NCBI RefSeq assembly: GCF_009914755.1
Contig: NC_060946.1
DNA length: 64,000 nucleotides
From: the human T2T-CHM13v2.0 reference genome, Homo sapiens
Strand: one strand, 5' to 3'
Position 1 is the first letter of the stretch. Every line of letters begins with the position of its first letter. The position numbers were made by a program, and so were the translations under genes. The notes beneath the pieces were generated by a model. That model saw nothing but the letters and a program-made list of their open reading frames with translations. It ran no database searches and was not told the origin of the DNA. This document shows, piece after piece, positions 19,324 through 40,895 of this stretch.

Positions 19324-19729
19324 ACACTGGCTTCAAAATTACATGTGGTCAAATTCAGCCCAATTGGGTTCTATCTGAATATGACTTATTTTACACAGCT
19401 CTGTTTTCAATTGTGAAACAGAAAATGACAGAGGGAAAGGACTGAGGGAAGGGAAGGGAGGGGAGGGAGGGAAGCAGGGAGAAAGCATATGATACTTCCC
19501 ATTTAGGAAGTGGAATAGCGGTAGAAGAGGCCCTGATAAAGCCTCAGAATGGAACTAATGAACTTGAAACCGCCAGCATGCACATCGGCATTTTCAGATT
19601 TCAGAGAAGATGCACCTGAGGGGAGGAGCCTCTTGTAGGGAAGGGAAAGATGTCAAGCCTTCCTTTGTCCTGTGCACAGGACAGACTCCAAATCCTTCTC
19701 TTCGCTCCCATTTGAGATCATGTGAACTT

Positions 19730-20045
19730 CTGTTTGATTTAAGCATCTGAGTCTTTTTCTTTCATTCATCCCTTGGTGTCTGTGATGGGCAAGGCACTTG
19801 TCTGGTTGCTGAGAGCTGTGCAGAGGACAATTAGACATGGTGTCTGACCTTAAGGAGCTAACAATAGTGCAGGGAAAGTGAGACTTGGATAGAGAGAGTC
19901 TTTGTCAGGTGGAAAGTGCTGTCTCAGACTGAGAAGCCTTCCATCTAAGAGAGCAGGGAACGTTCTATAGAGGAGGGGGTATTTGAGAGGTCCCTCAAAA
20001 GAATGGTAGGATTTCATGGGGAGATGAAAAAGGTATTCTAAGAAG
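19730..20045. mobile_element. L2 fragment
   Basis: 'ttcattcatc...caaggcacttgtctggttgctgagag...gacatggtgtctgaccttaaggagctaacaatagt' resembles the L2 3' end. Confidence 0.6.
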
Positions 20046-20693
20046 TGAGCTTCCCCTTTTCTTTTCTTAGCTCCCACTGGCAGAAAAGGAGCAGAGTTCC
20101 TTCCACCTTGAGCCAGAGATTTTCAGGCAAAGCACCTCACTGCCGGGAGGTGGAGACCTGGAGGGTTAGAAAGAAGGAGAATTGAGAAGGATAAATACTA
20201 ACATGTTCATAGCCAGGTGAATAGAGGGATGGGTGGGGAGTTGGGTGTTTCAAAATTATATTCATTTTGCTTATTTGTACTTTTTCATTTGGGAAGAGAA
20301 TGGGGTATGCCTTTCCCCATACTTTTGTAATGGGGAAAAAATAAACACAATTGTAAAATAGCAGCCCTTCCCTGGCAACAAAAAGAAAAAACAAACAGGA
20401 AGAAAAGAAAAGCGATTGAGAAGAACCTGCATATCTCTTTGAGACTGAATGTGTCTCCTCTGTGCTCTGGCAGCCTCAGCGATCACAGGCCTGCAGTGCT
20501 GCTTTTGGCCCTGCTTGGAAACCCCCATGTGAGCACCAGCAATTGCAGCTCGGCCTCCAGGGACTGTATCACACCACAATCATTGATTTTCATAATCAAT
20601 GCCATCATTGACAAGTAGGCAGAGAGATAAATGCTCTAAAATCATCTAGGCCCCTTGGGCCAGATGTTCCCAGCCTTATCAAGAAGAGAAGCT

Positions 20694-21685
<992 letters not shown>

Positions 21686-22313
21686 AGAGAAGTTACTTTT
21701 TGTTTCCTGAAAAGCTTCACTTCCTGACAATGAAGGCCCTGAGGAGCGAGTGGACAGCTGGCAGCTGGCAGTCATCAGTGGGGAAAGGCAGAGGTACCAC
21801 TGCTGACTCTACTGGGCCTCAGGCCTCGGCCCTCATTGGGAGGGACCCTCTTTCAAACTTTTGGAGGGGTAAGGGAGGGTCAGACAGTGCTGAGACCAAG
21901 GCGATAGTGGTGGGCGGGGGGCCTGAAGTTCCATCATCTAATTGGGCTTCTTCACGGGTGCATTGCCCATAAGTGCCATATTGATTCCCTCAGCTCCCAG
22001 GGCTGCCAGATAGGGCCGGGGCGGCCAGAGCCTCCCAGCCAGTCTCCTCCTGCAGGAGCACCTTGTCAGTTTACCTCAGATATTTGCTGCTCAAATACCA
22101 TCTTCTGTGTGTATCACAACATGACACGCCTACAAAGAATGCTGAGCTAGGATTTCTAGATGTACTGTTACATGGTGATTTACTGGTCTGGAATTGCTGC
22201 CTTGCAGGAGGTCAGGTGAAAACACTACCAGCAAAACCAAGCATTTATGGAGCCACTCCCTTGTACCAGGTCCTGGGCTGGGATGTCTGACTGCATCAGC
22301 TCCACGGTGGTAA

Positions 22314-22775
22314 CTGTGGCTTTAGCCTGCCCAGCATTCAGACCCCCTTGCTTGGTAACAGTGCCTACATCTTAGCTTCTATTGTGGAAACTACCTTTCC
22401 CCCACTGCATGCAGGTCTGGTGGGCATGGGGATGGAGGCACCTTGCTCTCCATCCATGAGGAAGGCAGCACATGGTCCAGCCTCATCTAGTCTGACCTCT
22501 CTTCCTGGAAGTTGAGTGTCAAGCAGGGAGCCGCAGAACTGAAAACAACCGGAGCTGCTTCATGCAGTCAAGAATCCCCTGAAGAAAGAAGGCAGTTACC
22601 TCCCTATTCTCGAGATCTCTTCAGCTGGCCTGGCTCTCATCCTTTCCAAGACCTGGCTGTTTGCTTTGCATTCAGTTATATGAGCTAATTCATATCCTTC
22701 TAATAAATGTCTTCCATCCTTCTCCAAAGTTAGCCCTAGAGCATATTGCTGTTGTTTACAATCAGAAAGCCCTAG
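22314..22775 (+). mobile_element. MLT1-type (MaLR) LTR, degenerate
   Basis: Starts 'tgtggctttagcctgcccagcattc' and ends 'aataaatgtcttcc...gttgtttacaatcagaaagccct'. Confidence 0.55.
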
Positions 22776-23234
22776 AGGTGTACTCTCTAATTCTCTTAAT
22801 AACCTCATTTTTCTGTCATTACTCCTGTTTTAGTACAGGTAGCTGAGCTTCAGAGAAGTTAAAAGATGTGCCCAAGGTGGCACAGCTAATGAGTGTCACA
22901 GTCAGAATCTGAACCCAAGTCTGTCTGATGTGGGGTCATGACAAGAGCATGGGTTTTCTTGGGAGAGAAAAATGACTTCAAATCCCCACTTCCCACATAA
23001 AAATGCACAATGGGTGTAGCAATGCCGAAGCCACAGAGCTGTTGAGGGTGGATGGAGGTGACGCATAGGAAAGCACATGGCCTAGGGTATGTGCTTAGTA
23101 AACAGAAATGCCTGTCCCTAAGAATGAAAATTATTTTATCTGCATAGTAAATTAAAGCAATTGGCACTTTTAGTCCAAAGATTACTGCTTCTGAGTTGAT
23201 CCAAATACAATCTCTCTATCTCCCTCCCCCTCTA

Positions 23235-25117
<1,883 letters not shown>

Positions 25118-25199
25118 CTAAGACTCATCTCTAATCCATCACTTCAGCACAGCTATGGCACAGGCACACAGATTATTACAGTTATGAACATGATGTGCT

Positions 25200-26060
25200 T
25201 GCTATGTTCTATTCGCTATTGTTCCTTTTATCAAAAGTATTTTCCATGTTTCTTTCTACATGCCTCTTGATTTAGGCTTTGGTTGTGAATGCAAGATATT
25301 CCATTGTATAATGTACCAACAAAATTTTAAACTGTCCCTATAATATTAGACATTTCAGTGATTTCTACTTATTTCTATTATAACCAACACAACAGAGGGT
25401 ATTTTTTATGCATCTGAAATTTAAAAAACCTTTGTTAACTAACTTTATTGGGATAAATTCCTGGGTCTGGTAATTATATGGCTTTTCCTATATAGTGGTA
25501 GTAATTTTATGGCTTTTCCCATATATTATCATGTTGCATTCCCCACAAATGTTATCAATTTATAATGCAACCCACAATAAATATGGAATTTTACTGCAAC
25601 CTCAATAGCATTATGTTGCGGTTTTGAAAAATTATTAACCATTAGCAAGAAGCATAACAGTATAATGGTGTTGTAATTTGCACTTTTGATTGCTATCAAC
25701 AGTGAACACATATCAATGTTTTGTTCATTGCATTGCCTCATGTAGATGAATTTCTTTTTATGAACTGTGAATTTATCCCTGGAGAGTTGTTTTTTGTCCT
25801 CCAGTCAGGTTTATTCAGGTATAATTCACATATCAAAAAGTTATTCTTTTTCGTGTGCAGTTCTATGACTTTTAACAACTATAGACAGGTCACTGAATGG
25901 TTCTATGATCCTGAAAAGTCTCCCTCTGTGCCTTTGTAGTCACATCGTCTCCCTCCAAACAGCCCTTGGCAATCACTCTTCTATTTTCTTTCCCTGTAGT
26001 TTCAACTTTTCCAGAGTGTTATATAATTGGAATCATATAGTAGACAGTTATGCACAGAAT
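25200..26060 (-). mobile_element. Ancient L1M fragments
   Basis: AT-rich degenerate L1 3'-UTR-like text ('ttccattgtataatgtacc', 'tataattggaatcatatagta'). Confidence 0.6.
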
Positions 26061-26092
26061 TGTAATGTTTTAAAACTCTTTAAAATGTTTCT

Positions 26093-27609
<1,517 letters not shown>

Positions 27610-27849
27610 GATAGAAATTTTAAATTTAAATGAACACAGTTTTCCCCCATGGATTCTTTTAACTTGAAAATTATCCATAGATCTAAAATATATTGAATTC
27701 TATTTTTTTGCTAGCTCTTGAAGAATTTGACCTTTTAATATTTCATTTTGATTCAACTCCAATTTCTGTCGGTATTTGCTCAAGGTAACGACTTTAAAAG
27801 TTTCTTGACCATGATTCATAATAAGAAATATATTTTGCATCACGATTCA

Positions 27850-28631
<782 letters not shown>

Positions 28632-28640
28632 AGGACCCAC

Positions 28641-30423
<1,783 letters not shown>

Positions 30424-30597
30424 CAATCCACAGTTTAAAAAAGTGTGAAAAGGGAATTTATTAAAGCCACACAATGTCTCCACTAGTCCCACTCTGAGTT
30501 TAGGTAGCACCCTAAAGATGAACTGATATACATGGGTTAAGCTGGATCAACTGGACATTTTCCCCCAGTGGCCTGTGCCGTAAATTGCCCTTTTCAG

Positions 30598-30871
30598 AGA
30601 ATAGATATTGGTGGTCGTGGCAGGGAGGGGTAATAGAAATGAGATATGGTTTTGGTATTCCTGGATTAGCCATCTACTGGGCTGGCAGCCCTCACATGGC
30701 TGGCCTGCCCTGTCTCGTGAGATGGATCAGCCTTGAGGTGACCTGTCAGGAAAGGACATTTGGGCTGGAAGTAGCAGAAGCCTCTGTGAGCCATCCTTCA
30801 TGCAGAACTAGTCAGGAGCAGCTCCCGCTCAGCCAAGAGAGTGAAGCATGCCCATCGCCCAGCTCAGCCAG
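30598..30871 (+). other. Candidate plus-strand (antisense) non-coding exon
   Basis: Acceptor 'tgcccttttcag|' and perfect donor CAG|GTAAGT. Confidence 0.3.
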
Positions 30872-31780
30872 GTAAGTACTAGGGAAACCTGTGGGAGGCC
30901 CAGGTGAAATGAAGGCATTGTCTCAAGAGGTCAGGCTGACTCCAGGAAGGAACAAAATGATGCATGCATGGCTATGCACAGACTAGAAAAGCAAAGACTA
31001 AAGGGAAGGATGGAAGTTGTTCTAACTGTTTTGGGTTGCTTGGAGGGAGTGGGGCATGGGAGAGGGAGGGAGTGTGTAGTCAGTGCGTGGGAATGCAGAA
31101 AGGAGCATGCAGAGACAAGCAATCTGGTAGGCCATGTGGGAGACTGTGGCCATTCTATGGTAGGGAGACCCTTCCCGGCCACTCCCTCAGTGGCCCTGGC
31201 ACATTAAGCTTTGTTGTCCACATTGGGTGGGTTGTGTATGCTTTAAACAACATCTTAATCCCCTTGCCTATTTATGAGGTGTATGACTGAGCCGTGCCCA
31301 AGAGTTTCAGAAGATATGGTACCATCATTTATACCTATCTCGCAGGAGATCTTAACCCCTTCTCTACTTAACCCAAATGAAAGCGAGGTCATTAGGAAGC
31401 TGTGCCTGGTGAAGTTCTGGCACCAGGTGGGTAGATCACATTTTCTAGTGTATGTAAAATTTTAACATTTCAGACCCCCAGTTTTAAGACCTTATCTAAT
31501 TTCCTTGAGCCCCTTAGTCATTGTGAACTCGCTGTGGAGTGTCTGCCTCCACCTGCCTTGGTGTTTATGAACATTCATGGTAACTTTAGAAGGCAAGGGT
31601 TAGAGGAAACTTTTTGCCGCCCACCCCCAGTCTGCAACAGTACCTGTGGGGAAGATTTTACCCTGGGACTCCAATTTTCAGGGAGAGGAAGTTTCTAGGA
31701 TTTCCCATAGGCTTACGAGGGACTCGCCATGTGGAAGGATTTTAGGCCTGAGAAGGATAATAACACTTTATAATTTCTAG

Positions 31781-32177
<397 letters not shown>

Positions 32178-32554
32178 TAGTGAGTGGGTGGTGGGGGGAT
32201 ATACACATGTGACTCTGGTTAGTACATAGGCAGCCATGAAGTCCACAAATGTACAGGGAGCCACAGCTTTCATGCTACAGACTTGCAAAGGTATGCATCT
32301 GCTTTCCCCTTGCCCTGGAATATAGATCAGAACACTTCATTTAGTGAAGGGACCTGTTCCGAGAGTGATGATCCCTCCCTCGTTTGAGACACTGCCTTCA
32401 TCCTGAGCTTCTTGGAGCAGCCCAAGGCCCTGCCAGCTCTCTTTGCCTGTAGCTTGTAGGCATTTATGACAGTTGCATACCCTGCCCTCCAACGGCAGCC
32501 TGAGAGACTGAACTATTACCAAGTTCACCTGGAAAAATGTCACCCTGATTGATT

Positions 32555-32782
32555 AGAATGGTGGGTGGCCATCTTAGCTCATTAGAATCACCTGGGAAGT
32601 TAAAAAAAAAAATCCAGTATGCACTCCAAAATTTCCCACCACCACTCCTCCCCACAAAAAGAAAATTTAAAAAATCCCAGTGTTTGGGCCATATCCCAGA
32701 CCAATTAAGTCAGAATCTCCAGGGATTGGACCCAGGTAGCAGGATTTCTAAAAATCTCCCCAGCAGCCAGGCCTGAGAGCTA
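32555..32782. mobile_element. MER5-family hAT transposon
   Basis: 'cattagaatcacctggga...cccagaccaattaagtcagaatctc...cagccaggcctgagagc'. Confidence 0.65.
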
Positions 32783-33697
32783 ATGAATAGCACCACAGGG
32801 CCCAGCCTTTCAGCCTGCAGCTTGTCTCGGTTTCACCCTTTTTTCATTTCTTTACAACAATGAAAATTCTAAATAGTTGATCACAGTGCCAGACCAATAA
32901 GAAAGCATTTTAGGGAGGAGAGAGGAGGGAAGGGGTTGGCAGGCACGGAGAGGACTTGACACACAGAAAGCATTTTGCTATGGAGTCATAACCATTTGAT
33001 TCTAAGACACATGCAGCCTCCAGAAGTCATGCGGCCCCGCCCTCTGCTTCCAGGAGGGAATGAACTTGGCCGTCCTTTTGTTGCACACGCCCGGGAGCTG
33101 CGCCGGCGCAGCGCGCCCTGCAGCCTGGGAGCGCAAGCGTGTGCGCCACTGGTCCTGGGCCACCACCGCGCGCCGCGGGCGGGTGCAGGGCCCCTCTGCC
33201 GCAGGGAAACCGGCGTTCCCCGCGCAAAGCAGCCGCTGCTCCTAATGAGCTCATGGGTTCACCGCGCTGAGCTAGCCAGAGCGGACCCGGCTTCGCCAAG
33301 GGCCTGCTGGCTGTCCTGACACCTGGCCTACCTCGGGGGTACCTGGGGACGCTCTTCCTTTGCCTGCGGGATAGAAGCACAATGAAAATGGGGTGGACGT
33401 GGCTGGGAGACAGCCCTGCTCTCTGGCAGGCTCTGGGGAGTGTGTGGTACGTGGCATCCGCACTGGTGGGTGTCGTGCGATGATCGAGACACGGATACTG
33501 GGTGTCTTTCCCACTAGGGGAGAGAGGGCTGCGTTTAGAGGGAAACGAAATAGATCCGAGAAACACAAAGATGTCACAAAGGAAACGCTTCCCCACCATA
33601 AGCAATCTAAATAAATGATTCTTAGAAGACATCCAGCAAAACACATAACCTTGTCATTTAGATTCGCTCGCCCACAGGGGGACTGGAGGGTACTCAC

Positions 33698-33900
33698 CGA
33701 CTAGGGCTTCACAGCCGCATCACCGCCGGCGGTGGGCGCCTGCCTCGGCAGGGGCAGGGTGGGTGCCCGCAGGGCACAGGTGCCGCCGTGGCTGCTCGCA
33801 CAACCCCTGCAGCTGCGATCCCGCCCAGTTAGCCTCGGGGGCTGCACAGCCCAGCCCCCTCGCCCAGGGCCCAGGGGTTCTCAGGCCGCGCGGCGAGGAC
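33698..33900 (-). other. Candidate non-coding first exon (start site uncertain)
   Basis: Minus-strand donor TCG|GTGAGT at 33698/33697 inside the CpG island; contains a 3-codon upstream ORF ATG CGG CTG TGA (33720-33709). Confidence 0.5.
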
Positions 33901-34024
33901 GGAGGGCTGCCCCGGGTGCCTGCCTACGCGGGCGCTCCCCGCCGGGACTCCGCCGGGGCTGCAGGAGCGCGCGCTGCTGGCTGGGCGGGCTGCGGCTCCG
34001 CGCGAGCGCCGTGGCAACGCGAGC

Positions 34025-34043
34025 GGGCGCCCCCAGGAGGCCG
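34025..34043 (-). promoter_or_regulatory. CTCF-like motif
   Basis: CGGCCTCCTGGGGGCGCCC against consensus TGGCCACCAGGGGGCGCTA. Confidence 0.5.
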
Positions 34044-34592
34044 CGGAGCTGCGGCGTGGGACGCTTGGGTGAGGCTCAAGCCAAAACCAAACCCAAACCA
34101 TTTCTCCTCCTCCCCATCTTTTCATTTTCTCCCCTTCTTTTCATTTTCTCCCCTTCTCCAACCCCTTCCTCGACACACGTTACTAGCACCTCGAAGGTTG
34201 GAAATTCCAGCACTCTCCTGAGGCCTCTTCCCCAGCGAATCCTGCTAACCACGCAGTCGGTGTTCGCTGTGTGTTCGAGCACACACCTCCTTGCAGTGGC
34301 TTCAGCACCCAGGTCTCCGGGAGCCAGTGAAGGAACCAAGTGTTGGATACTGAGCAAGTCGCGTAACATCTGAGTAGTCGTGAAATTGAAATTTCAACGG
34401 TATAAAGGACACGACGTTGTCTTACAGATTGAAAAATGCTATAAAATGAAGTTCTTACTGTTACTATGATGATGACCCTGGAGATCAGCGCAGAGCCCTG
34501 GGGGAGGGCTACAGTTGCAAGCGCTCCAAGGATCAGATCGCGCACTCCTCCCCACCGGAGAAAACCTCTTGATGCCGGAGCCCGGGCAGCCT

Positions 34593-34636
34593 CTTCCACA
34601 CTTCCAGCCAGCCCCTTCCACACTTCCAGCCAGCCC
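34593..34636. repeat. Exact 22-bp tandem duplication
   Basis: cttccacacttccagccagccc occurs twice. Confidence 0.95.
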
Positions 34637-35364
34637 CGGCATTGCCACAGCCCGTGGAGCTGGACAGAAATCCACCAGGCACTAAAATAAGTTAGATGGA
34701 AGACGGGATGGATTTGACCAAATTCCTATCAGCATCTGCTCAGTATAATTGCAACATTATAATCAGAGCAGAAAGAAGCCCAGAGATTATTTTGTCTTCA
34801 AGGATCATTGGCCTCAGTATTATCTCCATCTGAAGCTGTGTTGTCCAAAGCAGATTGACTCCAGCCGGCCAGCTCAGAAGAGGGCCGACTCTGGGCTGGC
34901 GACTCCTTGAGAAGGGCTCTCTCTGGTCCCAGGTGGTATTTACTTAACCGTATCATCATCTGCTTCATTCGTGTTCCCTTCATGTCCATCATGTGAGGAC
35001 GGGAACTGACAGGGCCAGGGTGTCGGCTCAGAGGCAATCTCTGCTCATCCTCTAGAGCCCCACTTCATCACCCAGCCACTCTGTCCACTGTCTCCCCACC
35101 TACAAACCTGCAGGTGTTCTGCCCCAGTACTAGAATAAGGGAACACATTTTTACTGAGCTCTGACAATGTGACTGGGCTTTTCAGGAGCTATTTCATTTA
35201 ATTTTTAATGTAAAACATTGTTTTACATATTAAGAACCTAAAAGCACAAACAGTAAGTAACTTGCTTGTGGAAGCTTATGCAGCGAGATAAGTGGTAAAG
35301 CTGCAATTCCCAGTTTTGTTTGATGCCACAGCTGAAGGTGCAAGGCCATCTGGGCACGGCCTGA

Positions 35365-35754
<390 letters not shown>

Positions 35755-37175
35755 TAGAAAAACTGAAAAATATAGAAACATAAAGGAAGAAAAGCATTCA
35801 TAATCTCATCACCTAGAGAAAGCCATTAGTAATATTCATATTTCTTTCCAGTCTTTTTTCTAGCTTTCTAGCTTTAAACTAAGTTGAGATAAAACCACAC
35901 ACACACACACACAGACACACAAGTGCATCCTGCTTTTTGTTAAAAATAACTTTGTGGGAAATTCTTCCTCCTTTGAGGATTTTTAAAAAACATTAATTTA
36001 AATGTCATACAATATTTTTATCATATGAATATCTCATAATTTCCCTTTTATTGAATATTTCCAACTTTTATTGATTGTAAATAATGGCAATAAAATTTTT
36101 TCTTCATAAATCTTGCTCCTATGTGTGAATAATTTCCTTCCAGGTGAGTCCCAGAAGTGGAATATTGAGTCCAAGGGTATTAACATTTTAAAGACTTTCC
36201 AATCCTCTCCAATGGGGATATCCAACTCACCCAGCCCCGTTCCCCACAGGACCTGCACGGTCCCACTCCACTGCCCTCCACACATCTGTTGTGCCCTCAC
36301 CTGGTATATAGCATTTAAATTATTTAGCTCACAAACTCTTTGGGAAACTAGGGTTAGTTCTTTGTAGCTTTTTGGTTGATTATTTTGATTTACTCAGAAA
36401 AACGCAGTATCTCCTTTACTATTTTAAAATCCTCAATAAGTAAGAATAGGGAGAGAAAATAAGTGAAAGGGGTGAGCTTTCCAAGGCCCTGGGTTAAGCC
36501 AGGGATGCCGGAGCTTGGAGCTCACTTGATACTGACCCTGCTGATGGCCTCAGCCTCAGTCCTGCTATAGAAAAGCTGCCCTGTCCCTCTGATCCTCAAG
36601 TTTTAATCTCAGCATTTACTGCTGATGGGATGATTGGGTAAATTGAAAAACTTGTCAGAGAGGGTTAGGCTTTGATGGGTGGGGTAGGGGAGACCTCTCA
36701 GGAAAAGCAACTAGAGTAATAGAACTGTCAAAGGTTGGCAATAAGGCTGTGTGATCTCGCTGATGGTTCTCCAAGATGAAATGAAACCTAATGCTGCTTT
36801 CTTCTTCCTTGAGAGAAGATAGCAAAGAGGGCAGAAGGTGAGGGCTGGGGGCTCAATGTCAACTCTAGAATCTCTTTAAACCTTTTCAGCGTTTGTTTTT
36901 TTCCCCACTGAGAAAGTTAAGTGTGATGGGAGGGAATCTAGTCCTTTTGACTATTTTAAAATGTACCTTCTAAAATCAGATCAGGCCAAAAGGTTTTTTA
37001 CTCTTGAATAAATTTAGGGCTAAAGGCTGTTGGAAAATTAATAGGAGTGGATTCAACGTGGCAATAGATCTTTTATAAATTCTCTTATTGAGTGAATTTC
37101 TGAATACTGAAAACAGTGTTTAGCACCTATTGCATTAAAGTGAGTATAAGACTAATACTTTGTATTAGTGACTTT

Positions 37176-37580
<405 letters not shown>

Positions 37581-38055
37581 CTAGCACTATGCAAAAATTG
37601 AATGTTTAATTATGAATGAAGGTATCTACCATGTTGTTCACAGAGTTTAATTACCTGAAGACAATGCCTGAGGTTTAAAGTTAAAATACATATATTTGAA
37701 CATAGAACATTTACTTGACCACTTTATACCATGAGTGAAAGGGGTCAGTCTATGCTTTTTTCCCCTTCCCTGTCTTTTACCAGCTGGCCATTTTATTTGC
37801 ATAAGGTACACTGAAATTCCTAGAGACCTACGAGGTCATTCTCTGCTCCCTTGCTTTCCTCAGATGAGGAAACAGAGCTCTACAGAGGTTAACTGTCTAG
37901 TTCAAGGTCACTCTGCATCTCATTAGTAATCTTGAAGTCTGAAGGCAGGCTGCCTACATTTGTAAATGACAGAAAGCTACCATAGCTAGCTAATCAAAAA
38001 TAGATGAAAATTTAGTTATAATCTATAGTTGACAGGATAAACATTAAGAATGAGC

Positions 38056-38480
38056 TTGTAATCCCAGCTACTCCGGAGGCTGAGGCAGAAGGATCCCTTA
38101 AGATTAGGAGTTTGATCAGCCTGGGTGACATAGCGAGAACCTGTTATTTTATTTTACTTTTTTAAAGAGTCAGGGTCTCATTCTGTCATCCAGGCTGGAG
38201 TGGAGTGCAGTGGTGCAATCATAGCTCTGCAGCCTTGAACTCCTGGCTCAAGGGATCCTCTCACCTCAGCCTCCCGAGTAGCTAGGATTACAGGTGTGCA
38301 CTAGGACTCCCAGCTCAAGACCCTGTCTCTAGGAAAAAAAAATAGAAATTAGCCAGGTGTGGTGGTGCACAAGAGTGGACCCCTTAAGCCTAGGAGTTTG
38401 AGGCTACATTGAGCTATGATTGCATCACTGCACTCCAGCCTGGGCAATGGAGTGGGAGCCTGTCTCTAAAAGAGAAAGAA
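38056..38480. mobile_element. AluJ-like element (plus) interrupted by an antisense Alu monomer (about 38145-38315)
   Basis: 'gagaacctg' and 'aagaccctg' flank the inverted monomer. Confidence 0.8.
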
Positions 38481-38499
38481 AGGTCTTCCTAGAGTTTTT

Positions 38500-39215
38500 G
38501 ATAGACTAAAACCACTAAGTTCAGATTTAGCATGAATAAATATAATGGCCTGCACTTTTGGTTGAAAATATATATTGCACAGTAGAGGCCTGACTTGTGC
38601 ATGTGAAACAGAAGATAGGGAGTTAAGTCAACCAACAGGTTCAGTAAGAGCCCCACGTGGGAAGCAGCTGGTGAAACAGCTAATGAAACCTCAGAGCTAT
38701 ATTAGTAGACAGAGAGTAACCTGATGTTTCACGGAGTAACTGGCCCAGGAATCTTGGTGCTGGCCAGGTCATATTTATACCACTCTGTAGCACAAGGTTC
38801 CAGGAGGGACCTTGATAAACTAGAGTTCATCCACCAGAGGAGGAGGCTGCAGGCCTTGGGCACTGCTCAGCAGGATGAGGGGCCACTGCAGTTGAGCATG
38901 TCTAGCCTGGAGTCTTCTGAAGAACATGATTACTGACTTTATGTATAGGAATGGCTGCCAATGAAGAAGAGGTACGTGGCTTGTTCTATGTCACTCCGCA
39001 GGGCAGAAGGAGGATCATTAGGGATAAGGATGAATGGGAGATAGATTTCTGTTCAAAGAATTTTCCAAAATTGCGGACTCACCACAGAATGGTCTGGAAG
39101 TCTGCTTAGGGAAATGCTGGGATCCAAGCATCTGAGAGCTTATAGGGTATCTACTTTGGGACAGGAGTTGACTCCATGACTTCCAAGTTCCCTTTAACTC
39201 AAAGATTCTGTGAGT
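38500..39215 (+). mobile_element. L3/CR1 LINE 3' portion
   Basis: CR1-like text ('gaccttgataaactagagttcatcca', 'atgtctagcctggag', 'ttgttctatgtcactcc...gggcagaa') ending 'ttccctttaactcaaagattctgtga'. Confidence 0.65.
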
Positions 39216-39227
39216 CTTCATCATGGA

Positions 39228-39747
<520 letters not shown>

Positions 39748-39865
39748 TAGAAAAGGTTTTAGTGCTTTTGACCTTCTGATTCCCAAAACGATTCAAATGA
39801 TTTGTCATTAGAATATGTATCTTAAAAAAGAAACAAATAAAACTCGTAATAAAAAATTGAATCCA

Positions 39866-40029
39866 GGCCAGACACAGTGGCTCACACCTGTAATCCCAGC
39901 ACTTTGTGAGGCCGAGGCAGATAGATTGCTTGAGCCCAGGAGTTCAAGACCAATCTGGCAACATGGCAAAACCCCGTCTCTACCAAAAAATTAGCCAGTC
40001 TCATAACCAGATCTCAAAAGTAAATAAAT
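39866..40029 (+). mobile_element. Alu left monomer with a non-Alu 3' tail, flanked by a TSD
   Basis: TSD 'aattgaatccag' at 39855-39866 and 40030-40041. Confidence 0.85.
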
Positions 40030-40511
40030 AATTGAATCCAGAAGGACTCCTGAGAAAAAGTGAGTTGCTTCAGAATTTGGGCACTGAATTTAAATATAAG
40101 CTTTGCTCAAAGTCTGGGCAAAGAGAGAAATGTGTGAAGTTATAGATTCTTACTGTTCAAGAAGAAGAAGATTATACTTTCATCTGTATCAGTATTGACC
40201 TTGTCTTCCCAAAGGGATTATAAGATCCTTAACAGCAGGGAACAAATCTTTTACTTCATTTTAACTCCTATCATCATTAGACTATTTTATGCAGATAGGT
40301 GCTCAGTGTGTCTTGAATAATTTGACTTTCTTAAAGATGAAATAGGAAAATATTTTTGCTTTATTTTTTTCCTGGAGTCTGATAGAAAGATTAATGGGAG
40401 ATGGATTTCTTCCAGCCTGCTGAAGCCGGAAGTCACAGTTCTGAAACTACATTATATTATTCCAATGAGGTAGCCTAAACTTGGCCTATAGAAAGCCCCA
40501 GGCTGCCATAA

Positions 40512-40895
<384 letters not shown>

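Larger units (their letters stand above)
33025..34600. promoter_or_regulatory. CpG island promoter 2
   Basis: GC- and CpG-rich unique sequence, densest at 33080-33300 and 33710-34065. Confidence 0.88.

Noticed and set aside
32975-34690. ORFs of 100-213 aa over CpG island 2
   Set aside because: Compositional artefacts on both strands with no family similarity I recognise.
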